The position numbers were made by a program, and so were the translations under genes. Under the pieces are notes generated by a model. The model ran no database searches. It was not told the DNA's origin and worked only from the letters and a program-made list of their open reading frames with translations. DNA of 64,000 nucleotides, from NCBI RefSeq assembly GCF_963921235.1, contig NC_086104.1, forward strand, positions 91,202,001 through 91,266,000, read 5' to 3'. Within the stretch, counting starts at the first letter, position 1. Each line of letters starts with the position of its first letter. The stretch comes from Mobula hypostoma. Taxonomy: Eukaryota. Of this stretch, positions 22,870 through 37,293 are shown one piece after another.

Positions 22870-23192
22870 GCAACGTACACAAAATGCTAGAGGAACTCAG
22901 CAGGCCAGGCAACATCGATGCAGGGGAAATAATCAGTCAACGTTTCAAGCCGAGGCCCTTCATCGGGACTGGTTAGGATGGGGGTAGAAGCCAGAACAAA
23001 AATGTGGGGAGGGAGAGGAGCACAAGCTGGCAGGTGATGGGTGAGTCCAGGTGAAGGGGGAAGTACTGTAGCTAGGTGGAGACAAGGGTTGGTAGAAGGG
23101 AGTGATATGAGAAGCTGGAAGGTAATGGGTGGAAAAAAAGCAAAAGGCTGAAGAGAAAGGAATCTGATAGGAGAGCACAGTAGACCATCGAC
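22870..23192 (-). mobile_element. Penelope-derived pLTR fragment
   Basis: Same family as 12727 and 34270; carries the hammerhead segment. Confidence 0.8.
22934..22971 (-). ncRNA. Minimal hammerhead ribozyme motif (full helix I, U4C core variant)
   Basis: Minus strand reads CAGTC-CCGATGA-A-GGG-CCTCGG-CTT-GAAA-CG-TT-GACTG. Confidence 0.55.
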
Positions 23193-24157
23193 CTATCATA
23201 CACCAATCCTGGTCTTTATCTGAGGACGTTTGATCCTTAACAATGAATGTGGGGAGTGCCTATGCACATTGATACACAAGCAGGTGTCCTTCTGTTGGGA
23301 TTTCTTTGCACTGTTCACAAACAGGACGGAGTGGACATTTACCTCATGTGATAATGGGATGTCATCAAGGTGCCTGGGAGATTATACACACCCTCCCCCA
23401 TTGTGACCACATTCATTAAAAGTGCAGACTGGAAAAGCCGCTCCTTTGACTATAGACTGGCTTTAGGTTGGTCAAAGTTGCAGGGAAGGGCAGGGGCAAC
23501 TGATGAATCTAGCCTTTTTTTCCCCCTGTGCTGACGTCCCACTGCCCACTCAGATACTTGGGCACAGACCAAGGAGGTTCTTGTGTGGCATGGGAGGGAG
23601 TGGGGTGGGGTCAGCTTCCAGTGGATGGAGTTTCCCTTCACCACCACCCCCACCACCGCCTGGTGTTAGCAAACCCCTGAGCCCAGCATGCAGTAGTGTC
23701 CCAGTAAGACCAACAAGTCCCCATCAAGAGTGTTCCCATGCAGTAGCGTCCCAGCAAGACAAACGAGTCCCCACCATTCATTTCACAAATTTATCCTGGA
23801 TGACTCATTTTAGCCGGTAGTATCTACACAGAATCTCAGCAGATTTGCCTCTACAGCAAGTCTTTAGGATCACACAGAATGATCCTCAGCCACTGAAAAG
23901 CAGATACATTGAAGGAACATTCCAATTAGTTGTATTCCTCTGCTCCTTTCCCACATCTTCCCATCTCCTTCAGTCTGCGTTTGCTTTGACAATTTAGTTT
24001 TGAACCAGGTGCCACCAATTTTTAAAGTAAAACATTTCAGGCCACGACAAGCATTTTATCTCAGCCCCTCTCTACCCTTTTGCTTTCTGCCAGTGAGGAG
24101 AACATGTGGATTCGTGGCACCTTGAATGACATTGAAAAGTTGACTGAAAGCTGACCT

Positions 24158-25533
24158 CATAGAAACATAGAAACATAGAAAACCTACAGCACAATACAGG
24201 CCCTTCAGCCCACAAAGCTGTGCTGAACATGTCCTTACCTTAGAAATTACCAAGGGTTACCCATAGCCCTCTATTTTTCTAAGCTCCATGTACCTATCCA
24301 AAAGTCTCTTAAAAGACCCTATCGTATCCACCTCCACCACCGCCACTGGCAGCCCATTCTACGCACTCACCACTCCCTGCGTAAAAAAACTTACCCTTGG
24401 CATCTCCTCTGTACCTACTTCCAAGCACCTTAAAACTGTGGCCTCTCATGCTAGCCATTTCAGCTCTGGGAAAAAGCCTCTGACTATCCACACGATCAAT
24501 ACCTCTCATCATCTTGTACTCCTCTAACAGGTCACTTCTCATCCTTCGTCACTCCAAGAAGAAAAGGCCGAGTTCACTCAACCTATTCTCATAAGGCATG
24601 CTCCCCGATCCAAGCAACATCCTTGTAAATCTTCTCTGCACTCTTTCTATGGTTTCCACGTCTTTCCTGTAGTGAGGCGACCAGAACTGAGCACAGTACT
24701 CCAAGTGGGGTCTGACCAGGGTCCTATATAGCTGCAACATTACTTCTCGGCTCTTAAACTCAATCCCATGATTGATGAAGGCCAATGCACCGTATGTGTT
24801 CTTAACCACAGAGTCAACCTACGCAGCAGCTTTTGAGTGTCCTATGGACTCGAACCCCAAGATCCCTCTGATCCTCCACACTGCCAAGAGTCTTACCATT
24901 AATGCTATATTCTGCTATCATATTTGACCTACCAAAATGAACCACCTCACACTTATTTAGGTTGAACTCCATCTGCCACTTCTCACCCCAGTCTTGCATC
25001 TTGTCAATGTCCCACTGTAACTTCTGACAGCCCTCCATGCTATTCACAACACCCCCAACCTTTGTGTGATCAGCAAATTTACTAACCCATCCCTCCACTT
25101 CCTCATCCAGGTCATTTATAAAAATCACGAAGAGAAGGGGTCCCAGAACAGATCCCTGAGGCACACCACTGGTGACCGACCTCCATGTAGAATATGACCC
25201 ATCTACAACCACTCTTTGACTTCTGTGGGCAAGCCAGTTCTGGATCCACAAAGCATTGTCCCCTTGGATTCCATGCCTCTTTACTTTCTCAGTAACCCTT
25301 GCATGGGGTACCTTATCAAATGCCTTGCTGAAATCCATATACACTACATCTACGGCTCTACCTTCATCAATGTGTTTAGTCACATCCTCAAAAAATTCAA
25401 TCAGGCTCGTAAGGCACGACCTGCCTTTGACAAAGCCATGCTGAGTATTCCTAATTATATTATACCTCTCCAAATGTTCATAAATCCTGCCTGTCAGGAC
25501 CTTCTCCATCAACTTACCAACCACTGAAGTAAG
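24158..25533 (-). mobile_element. Young CR1 3' fragment (RT)
   Basis: ORFs 24814-25524 (QHGFVKGRSC, YMDFSKAFD, GVPQGSVLGP, KFADH), 24549-24809 and 24309-24542; (CTATGTTT)n tail. Confidence 0.93.
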
Positions 25534-26479
25534 AGCTTTGTCACTTCGGCTTGTGATGCAGATTATTAAGAATCTATTTACTATTCATTGTTATATCCAG
25601 GGTTATCATGGTATCAAATCAGAGGACTGCTTGGGATTTCTGTAGTTGACTAGTTGCTGTTGGGACTTCACAAGACATAATGTAACGTGTATTTAGTTTG
25701 CAGTCCATTCGGGAGCCTGGATGTAAGTGCTTGTCAAAGAGACAGAGCACATATTCCAAAATTATACTTCCTGTGCAGCAGTAGTTCACTGTCAGAGGTA
25801 CTCAAGCCTTATGATTGAGGCATTAAGCAGAAGGTCCTCATGCACAGGAAATCCATCTCCCCATCCTCAGCGCAAGACTATGGCCTTGCTTCAAAAAGTA
25901 ACTCTTGGGTTCTCCCTGGTGACCTCGTTGACCGACCAGTGTCTGAAAATATTTTATTCCTGATCAGGATCAGATACCTGATTGCTGCCTGTTCAAATTT
26001 ACACTGTGCTTCTTACTTTAGGACAGAATCTACATTCTAAGTATTGTTCCATGAGCCGCCAGCACTTTGCAAAGCTCTGTGGTGTGTGGGAATGATAGGG
26101 AAGCATCATCTTTCTGATCTTTTACAGGGCTGCAAGTTAGTGGGACTATTTTAGTAGAAATAAGGTGATTAATAGAATTTAATTGTTTTTTAGAGCAGTA
26201 GCTCTATAAGGAAAAAGGTTGGGTTTACAATGGATGCTACAGCCACTTTACAGTAAATGGGCTGCTGTCTCCTTGAAGGGCTAAGTTGTTGTAAACCCTG
26301 ATTCTGGCCTGCCTTATAGAAAATTCAAAACCTGAGGAGGATGATCATTCTCTCAGAGGGGAAGAGACAATCCACAATGTAATTACTGTCCAAAGATGCT
26401 GCGTGATGCAAGGGAGATCTGTTGAGATCATCTTTGATGAGACAGGCATAACGGGAACCCACCACAAACAAGCCTGGAG

Positions 26480-26815
26480 GAAGAGGACAGGACAGTGGTA
26501 CCACGAGTAGAGCCACTACCTCCCGCTCTAGTGAACCGGGTTCAATCTTGATCTCCGGTGCTGTCCGTGTGGAGTTTGCATGTTCTCCTTGTGACCATGG
26601 GATTTTCCTCCAGATACTCCAGTTTTCTCCTACATTCCAAAGACGTGGGTTGGTTGGCCTCTGTAAGTTTGCATGAGTAAGTACTGTAGGTGATAGAATC
26701 TGGAGGGAGGGGGTTATTGGTGGGAATGTGGGGAAAACTCAAAAAGGGATTGGTGTAAATCTGGTGTTTGATGATAGGTGTAGACTTGATGAGCCGAAGG
26801 GCTTGTTTCTATGCT
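26480..26815 (+). mobile_element. V-SINE/HE1-like SINE
   Basis: gggttcaatc B box; gtgtggagtttgcatgttctcc..gggattttcctcc V domain. Confidence 0.78.
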
Positions 26816-27889
26816 CTAAGGCTCTTCTCAGTAAACACCCAACTTTTTTAGTCACTCATAGGTGTAACTAACAGGAAAAACATTTAATTCCAATTCCAAT
26901 TTGTGGCAGTGAATGCATTTTCATTATTGTTTGGTAGAGAGCTCCAGACCTTGTTTGACCTTGTGGTGATGAAAGGATGGAGGCTGCTGTCCAATGAGAT
27001 TGGTAAGTTCCTAATAAGGAACTCATTAGGTGGTGGTGTTCCCATGCTCCTGTTGCCCTTGTCTCTAGTGATGGGGGTTGGGGTGGAGAAAGTGTGTGAC
27101 CTGGTGCACCACCCCTGGAGGTGGAAGATGTGGAGCTTAAGGTCAGTGGATGGAGTGCTATCTACTGGACTCTGTTGTTCTGGATACTATGGGGAGTTTT
27201 GGTGCAAACTTTCTGCTGGCCTGGAGTGGCTGCACTCTTCCAGGCTAATGGAAATCCAGCATCATATTCCTGATTTGTGATTTGGAGATGGTGGAAAGTA
27301 TTTCAGAAGTCAGAAGGTGACTCACTCATCACATTTATATTCATGTTACTAGCCCAGTTAACGTTTTGATCAATGTAGATTCCCAATGACCTCGTATTCT
27401 GTGATGATACTGCTGGTAAATTCCAGAGAAGACCAAACTGTCACAATGGCCATTCACTTTTTTATTTTCAACCTTCTGGGAGAAAATACAGGAGCTCAAA
27501 AGCCCAGACATCTGGACTCGGGAACAGTTTCTTCCCCACTGCTGTTACACTTCGGAACTAATCACCTCTTCCACGTCCCCCTCCCCAATGGTGCTGTCAA
27601 GTTCTTAGCCTCTTAGCTCTGCTATTCTCAGATGAACCAGGATTGTCACTTCAGCACCTCTTTTTGCACTGCTTCAGAATGCACTACAATCTTTGGACCA
27701 TTCTGATACCGTGGGCTCTTTCTGCACCCATTGTTGTATTTATCATTACCATGTATACTGATTACACTGTCAGCTTCATATGCACAAGGAATGTCAGTGC
27801 ATCCAGCTAAACTAATCTAGTATAACCTAAATGAGGAGCAGGAGTAGGCCACTCAGCCCCTCAAGCCTGTCCTATCATCCAATATGAGG

Positions 27890-28360
27890 AAATGGTTAGA
27901 GTTTGTATGGTTTGTGATGGTCATTGCCTTCACTTTAGAGGTGGGAATTGTTACTTGTCACTTATCAGCCTACGTCTGAGTGTGTCTTGTTAATTCCTCT
28001 TCACTTGCTGAATTAATGTGAATGCAATTGAACTTTGAACAATGAACATCCCCACTCTGACATTGTCATTGATGAAGTAGCTGTAGCTGAAGCTGGTTGG
28101 ATGATCTGAGGAACACCAGCAGTGATTTCTTGGGGCTGATATGGTTGGCTCCCGACAGCCAAGATGATCTTCCTTTGTATTCGGTATGACTTCAGCCATT
28201 GGACTGTTTTCTCCTTGATTGCCAGTGGCACCATGGCATCTTGATGCCACACTCCATCGAGTGCTGTCTCAATCTTAAAGACAATCACTCTCAGTTCTGG
28301 AAATCAGCTCATGGACCAAGGCAGTAATGAAATCTGGAGCCGACTTGTGCGGTCCAATCT
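27890..28360 (-). mobile_element. Ancient CR1/L2-group RT fragment
   Basis: ORF 28013-28288 ALDGVWHQ..WLKSY..ITAGVPQ. Confidence 0.65.
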
Positions 28361-28394
28361 CAAACTCAAATGCCAGTAACGTTTGAAAGTACGT

Positions 28395-28610
28395 GAGACT
28401 GCAGGTATTGGAACCTAGAGCAACACACAAAGCGCTGGAGACACTCGGCAGGTCTACTGGAGGGAAATGGACAGTCAGTACTTCAGGCCAAAACCCTTCA
28501 TCTGGTTGAGCCCAGATAAAGAGTCTTGACCCAAAACATCAACTGTCCATTTCTCTCTACAGATGCTGCCTGACCCACTGAGCTCCACAAGCACTTTGTG
28601 TATTGCCAAT
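28395..28610. mobile_element. Penelope-derived fold-back element
   Basis: Inverted arms gcaacacacaaagcgctggag / ctccacaagcactttgtgtattgc, centred on degenerate hammerhead segments. Confidence 0.75.
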
Positions 28611-28696
28611 AATATTTAACAACATTAATCTTCAGGATCTGTACTTGTTATCAATGAATAACAATTACATAGCAGATGACTTTGCTTTCTGGCTGC

Positions 28697-29653
28697 TGTG
28701 ATGGGGTCCTGAATTACCCCTATGAACTGTGCTTTTGAAAAGAGAGAGAGTTATTTAACACTGATATCTTGTTTTGAAAAGAGAGAGAGAAAGAAAGAGA
28801 GAGAGAGAGAGATGAAGACTAACTTTTGGACTGTCACTTTAAGGCACGAGAATAACTTTTGGATTTCCACTGAGTTAGAGAGAGAGAGAGAGAGAGAGAG
28901 AGCATCGAGCAGCTCGTAAGTCGCTATGGTGACTGAGGGTGGCGTTATTTGATGGACAATCGATGTTATGATTTTTCGGCGGCGTGTTTATACTTCCCAA
29001 GGGCATTGCCTGCTTGTACATTTCTTACACAGACAGAGATGGGAGGAGTTATTTGAGAGACAGTTGGTACTCAGTACGGTGAGATAAATAGGAGGTCAGA
29101 TGATAGACCTCAGGCATATGATTTTGGACACTGAATGAGCTTTGTTGTGCCCACAGAAAAATTGGGTTTTTGGAGGATTGATCAGTGGTTCGTGCAGTGA
29201 GTATAGGGAGTGACCGGTGGGGAGTTGTCCATGTGTCCAACCTTTGCCTGGGTTGATAGCTCCACCACAGGAAAAACAGTCTCCTTTGTTGTGGTCACAG
29301 TCGGTGACTTTTAACAACGGGAAGATTGACGGCGTCAGTTCATCTGAAGACTCAAATCTCTCCCCCTCTCTCTCTCCATCACTACTCAATTCAACACCAC
29401 GAACTGAACTGAACTTTACTCATTGTCGTAAGACTATCTATTTACCCCTAGACTTGAAGAAGCTTGGTTTTCATATATATATTTCCACACTTACTGATTT
29501 ACTTACTTATATATATTCATTGCTAACCTGTTTGATTTATCTACATTTATATTACTGTATTGTGTAGTTATGAATAAATATTATTAGTTAATAGCAATAC
29601 TGGACTCCAAAGTGTTTTCTATCTCTGCTGGTTCTTTAACCAGTCACGGGGTA
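28697..29653 (+). mobile_element. Probable solo LTR (3' terminus eroded)
   Basis: Begins TGTG; contains (GA)n tracts, a more CpG-rich U3-like region, AATAAA at 29573 and a U5-like end; no coding signal. Terminal CA and TSD not found. Confidence 0.55.
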
Positions 29654-30320
29654 ATCAGCTCCTTTGTCATCCATTTTATGTTTTATGAATTAGGAGTCCC
29701 AAGTGTCACCCTTTCAACCCTGTTTGGAAGAGGTAGGGACTGTGTACAGAAAGCTCTCAGTAGAAGCTTATTGGCAAATGCTGGAACAAGTCTTCTCGTT
29801 ATGGGAGTGAAGTCAGGCCACTTACAGTACACGAGTCAACAAAAAAAGAGTTTGCCTTTATTTCATGTCCTTTGTTGACTAGGGGTTGAACTCAAACAAT
29901 CGCAAGATTCTTGCAAGATGCCGTTTCTGGAAAATGGATGGGAAATATCAGAAGAGGACTCACATCGCCTCTGAATTTTGGAGCCCCGTGCAGTGAGAAA
30001 AGTGATTTGTAGAATGTCCTATATTTTCAGGAGCAGAAGATCTTGTAGCAGCAGTGCACATAATAACATGAAAGGTTTGCTAAGGTGCTACACTATGTAA
30101 TACTTTGCTACAATCAGGAATTCTTTTGTATTTCCATCACGCAACATCAGGAAGATGTACAGTATATTATTCTTGCAGCAGAGAAATATCAAGTGGATAG
30201 GTAATAGTACCGAGGCACTATGAAAACAAGAGGATATATAATAGCTCTATCACAGACCACAGAGGGGGTTTATAATGCTAAGACACAGTAAAAACAGAAG
30301 CACATGAAATAATCTGCTTA

Positions 30321-30641
<321 letters not shown>

Positions 30642-31330
30642 CTAGAAGCAGTGTATTTCATGAGTACTCCCACCTCTGCTTCACAGGGTTAAGGGTTCAA
30701 ATCCCACTTGTACACATAGTTGAGACTGTTACTCGTGCACAGTGGAGATGGAGGTTTATACTGCTGGAGCAACAATCCTTAGATAAAATGATAAAATGAG
30801 GTTAATCTGATCTCTACAGAAGACACAAAAGATCCCTTGTCACTATATTCTCAGGGAGCAAGTGTTGTCTTCCTGCTAACTTGGTGAATATGCGTCCTCC
30901 AATAAACTTTGCAGACATTAATCTGGTCATTTATCTCTGGTTTGGGGCTTTTGCTGTTAACAAATTTGATGCCATATTTACAATAGTGACAATGTGTCAA
31001 ACATATCCACAAAACATCCAGCAGCACCTTGACGTTGTGAATAACGTGCTAAAAATTCAACTCAACAATCTCCAAGTGTTTAACATCTCATGAACGAATG
31101 CTTTGTTGTTCCTGAGAAACATTTAAGTTGTTGTAAACACTTCAGTTATTTGGTGCAACACTGCTTTGTGCACTAATTGTATGGGTTTGTGAGGGAAATT
31201 TATTTCCATTGTTTGTTTTTGGTTTTATGATTTTCACAATGCTGACGGCCTAACTATGGTTCAGATTCCAGTACCAAGATGAAACCAATACAGTTCTGCA
31301 CACCTTATTCACTCTAGGCAGAAGGCAGAA

Positions 31331-31540
31331 AGCTGGCTGCTTGAGTAGTGGCATCCACACTAGACTTTGAGGTGAGTTGTCCCAGGTTCGAATCCAGCCA
31401 GCCTCTTGCAGGCTATCCACCGTGCTGGGTTAAGCATCGAGCTAGCAGCTCGGCCTCGTAGAAAAAACAGACAAGTGCTAAAAAGAGACGGCAAGGCTGC
31501 TGCCCAATGTGCCACAAGGGTCTGAGAGGAATGACAACAA
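31331..31540 (+). mobile_element. tRNA-Arg-derived SINE, copy C
   Basis: GGTTCGAATCC B box; shared core ccgtgctgggttaagcatcgagctagcagctcggcctcgta; tail distinct from copies A and B. Confidence 0.78.
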
Positions 31541-34269
31541 AGAGGAGAGAAGGCTTTCGATCTGGAGCAGCAGTGTGTGATTAGTTGTGTTGGCATGTGA
31601 TTGACAGCTGAGATGTTACTGACAGCTTCGTTTAAATAAGAGAGCAGAGTTGTGCAATGTTCAGAACATGGTAGTAACCCCCTACAGCAATCAGTTCTCC
31701 TTGATGTGAGGAAGGAGAATTGGAAGTGTCATGAAGAGGTGATTAAAAAATCCAGTGGAGGAAGGCAACCAGTAATCTCACAGAAGCGTCATTAGTTATG
31801 TAGTGCATTTAAAGGAGGGCACCTCTCGGGGGGCATGATCAGTCAAAAATAGATGCTGTACAAAATCTGGAGATAATGGGAGAGGTGAAGCACAATTGGC
31901 TGAAGGAGTTGATGTGCTGGTGAAGCAAGAAGGTTCAAGGAAGGAATTACAGAATGCTGTGAAATTCCTAAAAGAAATAATGTAAGTTACAACACTTTAC
32001 AAAGAGCTGTTTAATATAAACAGTGGCACTAGTTCACATGGCTCCTTACACCTGCCTCGCATTTATTACAATCATGCCTGATTTCAGCTGCAATCTCCTG
32101 TTGACCGGTAGTAAACTTTCTCCCACTGGGTTGTTAAAAACCTATGTCATATTTCCCCAAAAACATTCAAAGACTATTTCCAATAACCTTGAAGGAAGAG
32201 AGATCCAAAGAATCTCAACCCTAAGAGAAAAATTCCCTTCTCTGTCTTCAATAGAGCTCTGGTTACTTTTAAACAAAACCCACTAGTTCTAGATTATCCT
32301 AGAAAGGAAACATCCTCATCACATCTACCCTGTCAAGTCTTCTCTCATTCTTATAAACTCCAGAGGATGTGGAACAGAATATGGGCTTATAAACTACATG
32401 GAACGTGTTTTCTCTGTTGTTATCATAACTGGCCATTTTGTGATATGTGATATCTTGTATAATGGGATCTCTAAGTTACATCGAGATGCAATCAGTACTT
32501 AGGCAGGGGGAATTTGGAGATATGGACCAAACATGGGCAAAGGAGTCTACGCTGGTGGGCACCATGGCAGGAATGGATGAGTTGGGTCTGTTTCCAAGCT
32601 GTTTTACTCTGTGATTCTAGTTACTTCTCCAGTAAATTCAGAGGTTTATTAGATCCAAATTCCCCATTGCAGTCAGTCTGAGCTAGCATTGCAGATCAAT
32701 GCTGTTGCTTTTGCTGTTGTTGGTTGCTATTGTTTGGTCTGTTATGGTATTGTCCAGTGTTTTACACTTGGTGCTGAACCACAATCAGTTCTGGCATGTT
32801 TCACATACTGGCCGTAAAGTAATTCTGATTCTAATTCTGTTGTGTAGCCCAGTCTGTCTGAAAGTTTTGAACTACCTCTTGGCAACCATTTTTACAACTT
32901 GTATTTGTAACACATACAAAATGCTAGAGGAACTCAGCAGGTCAGGCAGCATCTATAGAGAGGGGAAAAAATGATGTTTCAGACCGACACCCTTCATTGG
33001 GACTCAATCAACTTTCATTTGTAATGCTTTTGAAAATCAGTACATATACCATGGATGTAGTTGTAACCTTTAAGTGCATTAAACTCTTGGAAGACCAATG
33101 TGAACTAAAAGTAGATGGGAAATTCTGTTTTGTCATTAGGAACCAAATGGAGGGATGTAGGGGTTACGCTGAAATATCCAAGCATGTTGTGACCTGACAG
33201 GAAATTCTGAAAGACCTGTTTATATAAACACAAGAAAACTTCTCTGCTGTGAGTCACCCATCTGTGACACTGGCTCAGTTTTGCTTTGTCTATCAGAGGC
33301 TAACCTGCCGGATTCGTCCAACCACCCTGCATTTTGCAACATTTTACAATCTTTATCATCACCCTCTAACTTCTCCCATTCGCTCACTGAGTGGTTGGAC
33401 TCTAAACATATTCCCTCATCCAGTTACAAGTATTCTCTTTGTTTTATCTATTAATCTCCTCAATCTTCTCTACAATTTAAAAGCATACGCTCCCAATTCT
33501 AGCGAAAAGTTTTTGAACTGAACAGTGAACTGTTTCTTTTTCAAGAAACATCCTGATCTGCTGAGTGCTTCTGGCATTGTGGTTCATATTTTTGGCACCT
33601 GCTGTTTCCCTGAATTGTATGAACCTTCTCTGGGCTTCAACAATATGCCTTTCACCAAAGATTTACAAGTTCAGCATGTAAGGTCCAAGGATGGTATTGA
33701 AACGACTCATACACCAATCTCATGAATGGAGTCTGTTCATATAATCTGTATTGGGCACCAAAATGTTAATAAGAATTAAGTCAGATATATAAATATTTGA
33801 ACAGAGTCTGAAACCAGGATTAATTCAAACTCAACAGGATTCTGAAAGTGGTAAATGTAGGAGCCATCACGAGAGAAACCCATTCTTCATCTTTTCTGAA
33901 TACAGATAAACTAAAATATTTTCCCCATCAGTCCATTTTTCTTTTGCTAATGGTTGAGCAATATGCATTACCTTTATAGATTGTTTATGATTCCTGTAGC
34001 AGGCAAACAGGACGAAGGTGCTACGATCAAAGCAGAGTCTTTGTCACATTATTATGGGTATTATTAAATGAGGAATGTTCAAGGAAACCTCAGTATTGTG
34101 GATAGAACTGTACCACATTCTAGGTGATTGTCAAGATAATTTCAGTTCCAAATCAACAGAGTTAAACAGCAGGTAATGACTGAAGTCAGGGAATAGCTTG
34201 CAAGAGAACTGTGGACAGAGTTATTCACCTGAACAGAGAGCAGTGAATAAGAATGGATGAGATAGTTAC

Positions 34270-34600
34270 AGCAATGGGTCAAAGCAGTGTAGGCACAGAA
34301 AATGCTGGGAACACTAAGTGGGAAAGGTTGCATCTGTGGGAAAAGAAATCGAGTTAACACCTCTTGTTGAAGTCCCTTTGTCAGGACTGGGAAGGGGACA
34401 ATAGAAACTTGTGAAGCTGCCCCCTCCTGTCTTCTCCTATTATTTTGGATCTCCCCCTCCCCCTCCAACTTTCAAATCCCTTACTCACTCTTCCTTCAGT
34501 TAGTCCTGACGAAGGGTCTCGGCCTAAAACGTCGACTGCACCTCTTCCTAGAGATGCTGCCGGGCCTGCTGCGTTCACCAGCAACTTTTATGTGTGAAGC
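34270..34600. mobile_element. Two Penelope-derived pLTR fragments in opposite orientation
   Basis: Older minus-strand piece at about 34270-34400; younger plus-strand piece at about 34418-34597. Confidence 0.75.
34502..34537 (+). ncRNA. Minimal hammerhead ribozyme motif (G12A, likely inactive)
   Basis: AGTC-CTGACGA-A-GGG-TCTCGG-CCT-AAAA-CG-TC-GACT. Confidence 0.5.
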
Positions 34601-34784
34601 TGTAGGGGGCTTGGGGGAGGGGGGTGGATCTGACTGGTGAGCCCAGGGTGATCATGGGGATAAGCTGTAAACAAGATTATCTGGTCGAAGAGTGAATAGT
34701 AGTAGTTAGAAAGTGGGAACACACCCAGAAGGACACAGGAAAAAAAGAAGAAAATGTGGATCCGAAAGACAGTTATCCATTTGG

Positions 34785-35575
34785 GGGTGACGTGGAAGCT
34801 TAGTGGTTAGTGTTACACTGTTACCGAGTCAGTGACCCAACTTCAATTCTGCTGTCTGTAAGCAGTTTGTATGTTCTCTCCATGAATGCGTAGTTTCACC
34901 AGTGGACTCACTCTCAAACACCAGACGGCATATGTACAAAGTTAAGGGAGGGAAGTTTAGGGGAGGCATCAGGGGTAAGTTTTTTACACAGAGGGTTGTG
35001 GGTGCCTGGAATGACTTGCCAGGGATGGTGGTGGAGGCTAAAACATTGGGGGTATTTAAGAGCCTCTTGGCCAGGCACATGGATGAAAGAAAAATAGAGG
35101 GTTACGGGGTAGTGTGGGTTTCGTACGTTTTTTTTAAGGAACATATGGGTCGGCACAGCATCAAGGGCCGAAGGGCCTGTAGTGTCTAGTGACGCTTCAT
35201 CTCATGTTCTTGATATTTATGGCTTATTTATTTATTCCTATTGGTTCCCCTTTTGCATTTGCAGTTTCTTGTCTTCTGAGCTTGGGTTGAATGCCCTAGT
35301 TGGGTACTCTTTCATTGATTCTGTTATAGTTGTTATTCTATAGATTTATTAAGTATGTCCACAAGAAAATGAATCTCAGGGTTGTATATGGTGACATATA
35401 TGTACTTTGATAATAAAATTCACTTTGAACTTTGAATTGTTTCCTGCAGGTGCTTTGGTTTCCTCCCACATTGCAAAGGCGTGAGCAGCTTAATTGGTCA
35501 CATGGGTGTAATTGGGCGACAAGGGTTCATTGGGCCAGAAGGATCTTTTACTGTATCTCTAAATAAAAATAAATA
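34785..35575 (+). mobile_element. V-SINE split by a CR1 3' end (about 34901-35190) and a Rex-type tail (about 35195-35436)
   Basis: SINE 5' half ends at about 34900 (gtagtttcacc) and resumes at about 35440 (ttcctgcaggtgctttggtttcctcccaca). CR1 ORF 34902-35189. Confidence 0.72.
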
Positions 35576-36811
35576 TAATTAATATTCTCATCTTCATCTC
35601 TACCTATCCATGCCTTTGCCATACAGTTAACCAGAAATAGCCAAGTAACACCCTGCTCTTCAACATTGCCCCCTCCAGCCCTGATCACCACCATCAACAT
35701 CCTAAGAAGGCTGTGAACTACAGAGGTATAACTAGAGCAGGGTTGACAAGTCCCTCACCTCCAGACCCTTTGAGAACTCCACACCAAGTACAAGGAATAA
35801 GGCAGAAATATCAAGGAATACTACTTGCACACAGACAGACAGAGCCATTAAGCAGCATAACATTGTCAAATTTAGAATAGTTAATGTTCAGAGTCTATGT
35901 CACTGGAAGAGACATGTACTCTCTCTATCACTGGCACCGTATATCTGGAATAAATACGGACGACAGAACACATCATGGTAATTCACAAAGATTACTTCAA
36001 GAACACTTCTGAGCTTCACAGCTTCAGTCATGGGAAGAACAAAGCAGGAATAATTCAAGTAAACATTTGTCATCTCTGTGCTAAAATTCTGGAGTACCCT
36101 CGATAACATGATCATCACCAGCATGTGGACTGCAACAGATCAACAGACCGTATTCCCTTCTCATGGTGACTCCCAATGGGGAAGTGACTTTGTCAGAGGC
36201 AAAATCCCAGAAACCAAAAAAAAGTTTACACTCTTGATTAAGGTAGGAATTTTGACCAATTTATGGAGAAGTAATTCGGCATACCTTTAGTATATAATTA
36301 CAATACTCCCAACAAGGAATCCCATCACCATGTTGTTGGAGTCACCAAAGAGTGGGCAACAAATGCTGGCATTACCATGATTCCACAAAACTCACTATTT
36401 TAAAGCAATACATTCTGCTCCCTTGTAAATTTCTGTGTCTCAGAGTCGTGACAGCACAGAAGCAGACTACTCGGCCACCACGCCCATGCTAATCTTTTTG
36501 TCCATCTGCACTATGTCTATTTTCGGACTGGGTTTAACTCTACCTTTCCTACTCAATTGTCTGTCTACATTAAATTAAGTAACTGCACCTGATTCTGCCA
36601 CCTCCTTTGGCAGTGTATTCCGGATATCAACCCATCTCTTTGTGAAAAACCCACTTATCAAATCTTGTTCCTCTCACCTTAATTCTATGCTGTCTTGTTT
36701 TAAATACCCCTACTATCTACCCTAGACACACCTCTCATAATTTTATGCACTGCTATAACAATACCTGCATTAAAAATGGATTGTTAAAGCAAACCAGTCC
36801 TATCTAAGACT

Positions 36812-37293
36812 CCAGTAAACTGCTAGGTGTACTGTGGAGAGCATTCTAAGCGGTTGTATCACTGTCTAGTATGGAGGGGCCAATGCAACTCTCTGCAGAC
36901 TCAGCCAGGTCCATCATGGGCACTAGATCCCACACCTTCGAGGACACCTCCAGCAGGCAATGCCTCAGAAAGTCAGCATCCATCATTAAGGATCCTCACC
37001 ACCCAGGACATGCTCTCTTCTCATTGCTACCATCAGGGAGGTGGTACAGGAGCCAGAAGACATGCACGCAATGGTTCAGGGACAGCTTCTTCCCCTTCAC
37101 ATCAGATTTTTGAACAGAACATGAACCCATGAACACTGCCTCACTTTTTGCCCCTTTTCTGCACTACTTATGTATTTTTAAAAATATTTTTACTGTAACT
37201 TATAGTAATTTTTTATGTATTGCACCGTACTGCTGCTGCAAATAACAAATTTCATGACATATGTCAGTGATAATAAACCTGATTCTGATTCTG
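36812..37293 (+). mobile_element. Rex1/Babar-type LINE 3' end
   Basis: ASIIKDPHHPGHALFSLLPSGRWYRS; AATAAA followed by a (GATTCT)n tail. Confidence 0.85.
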
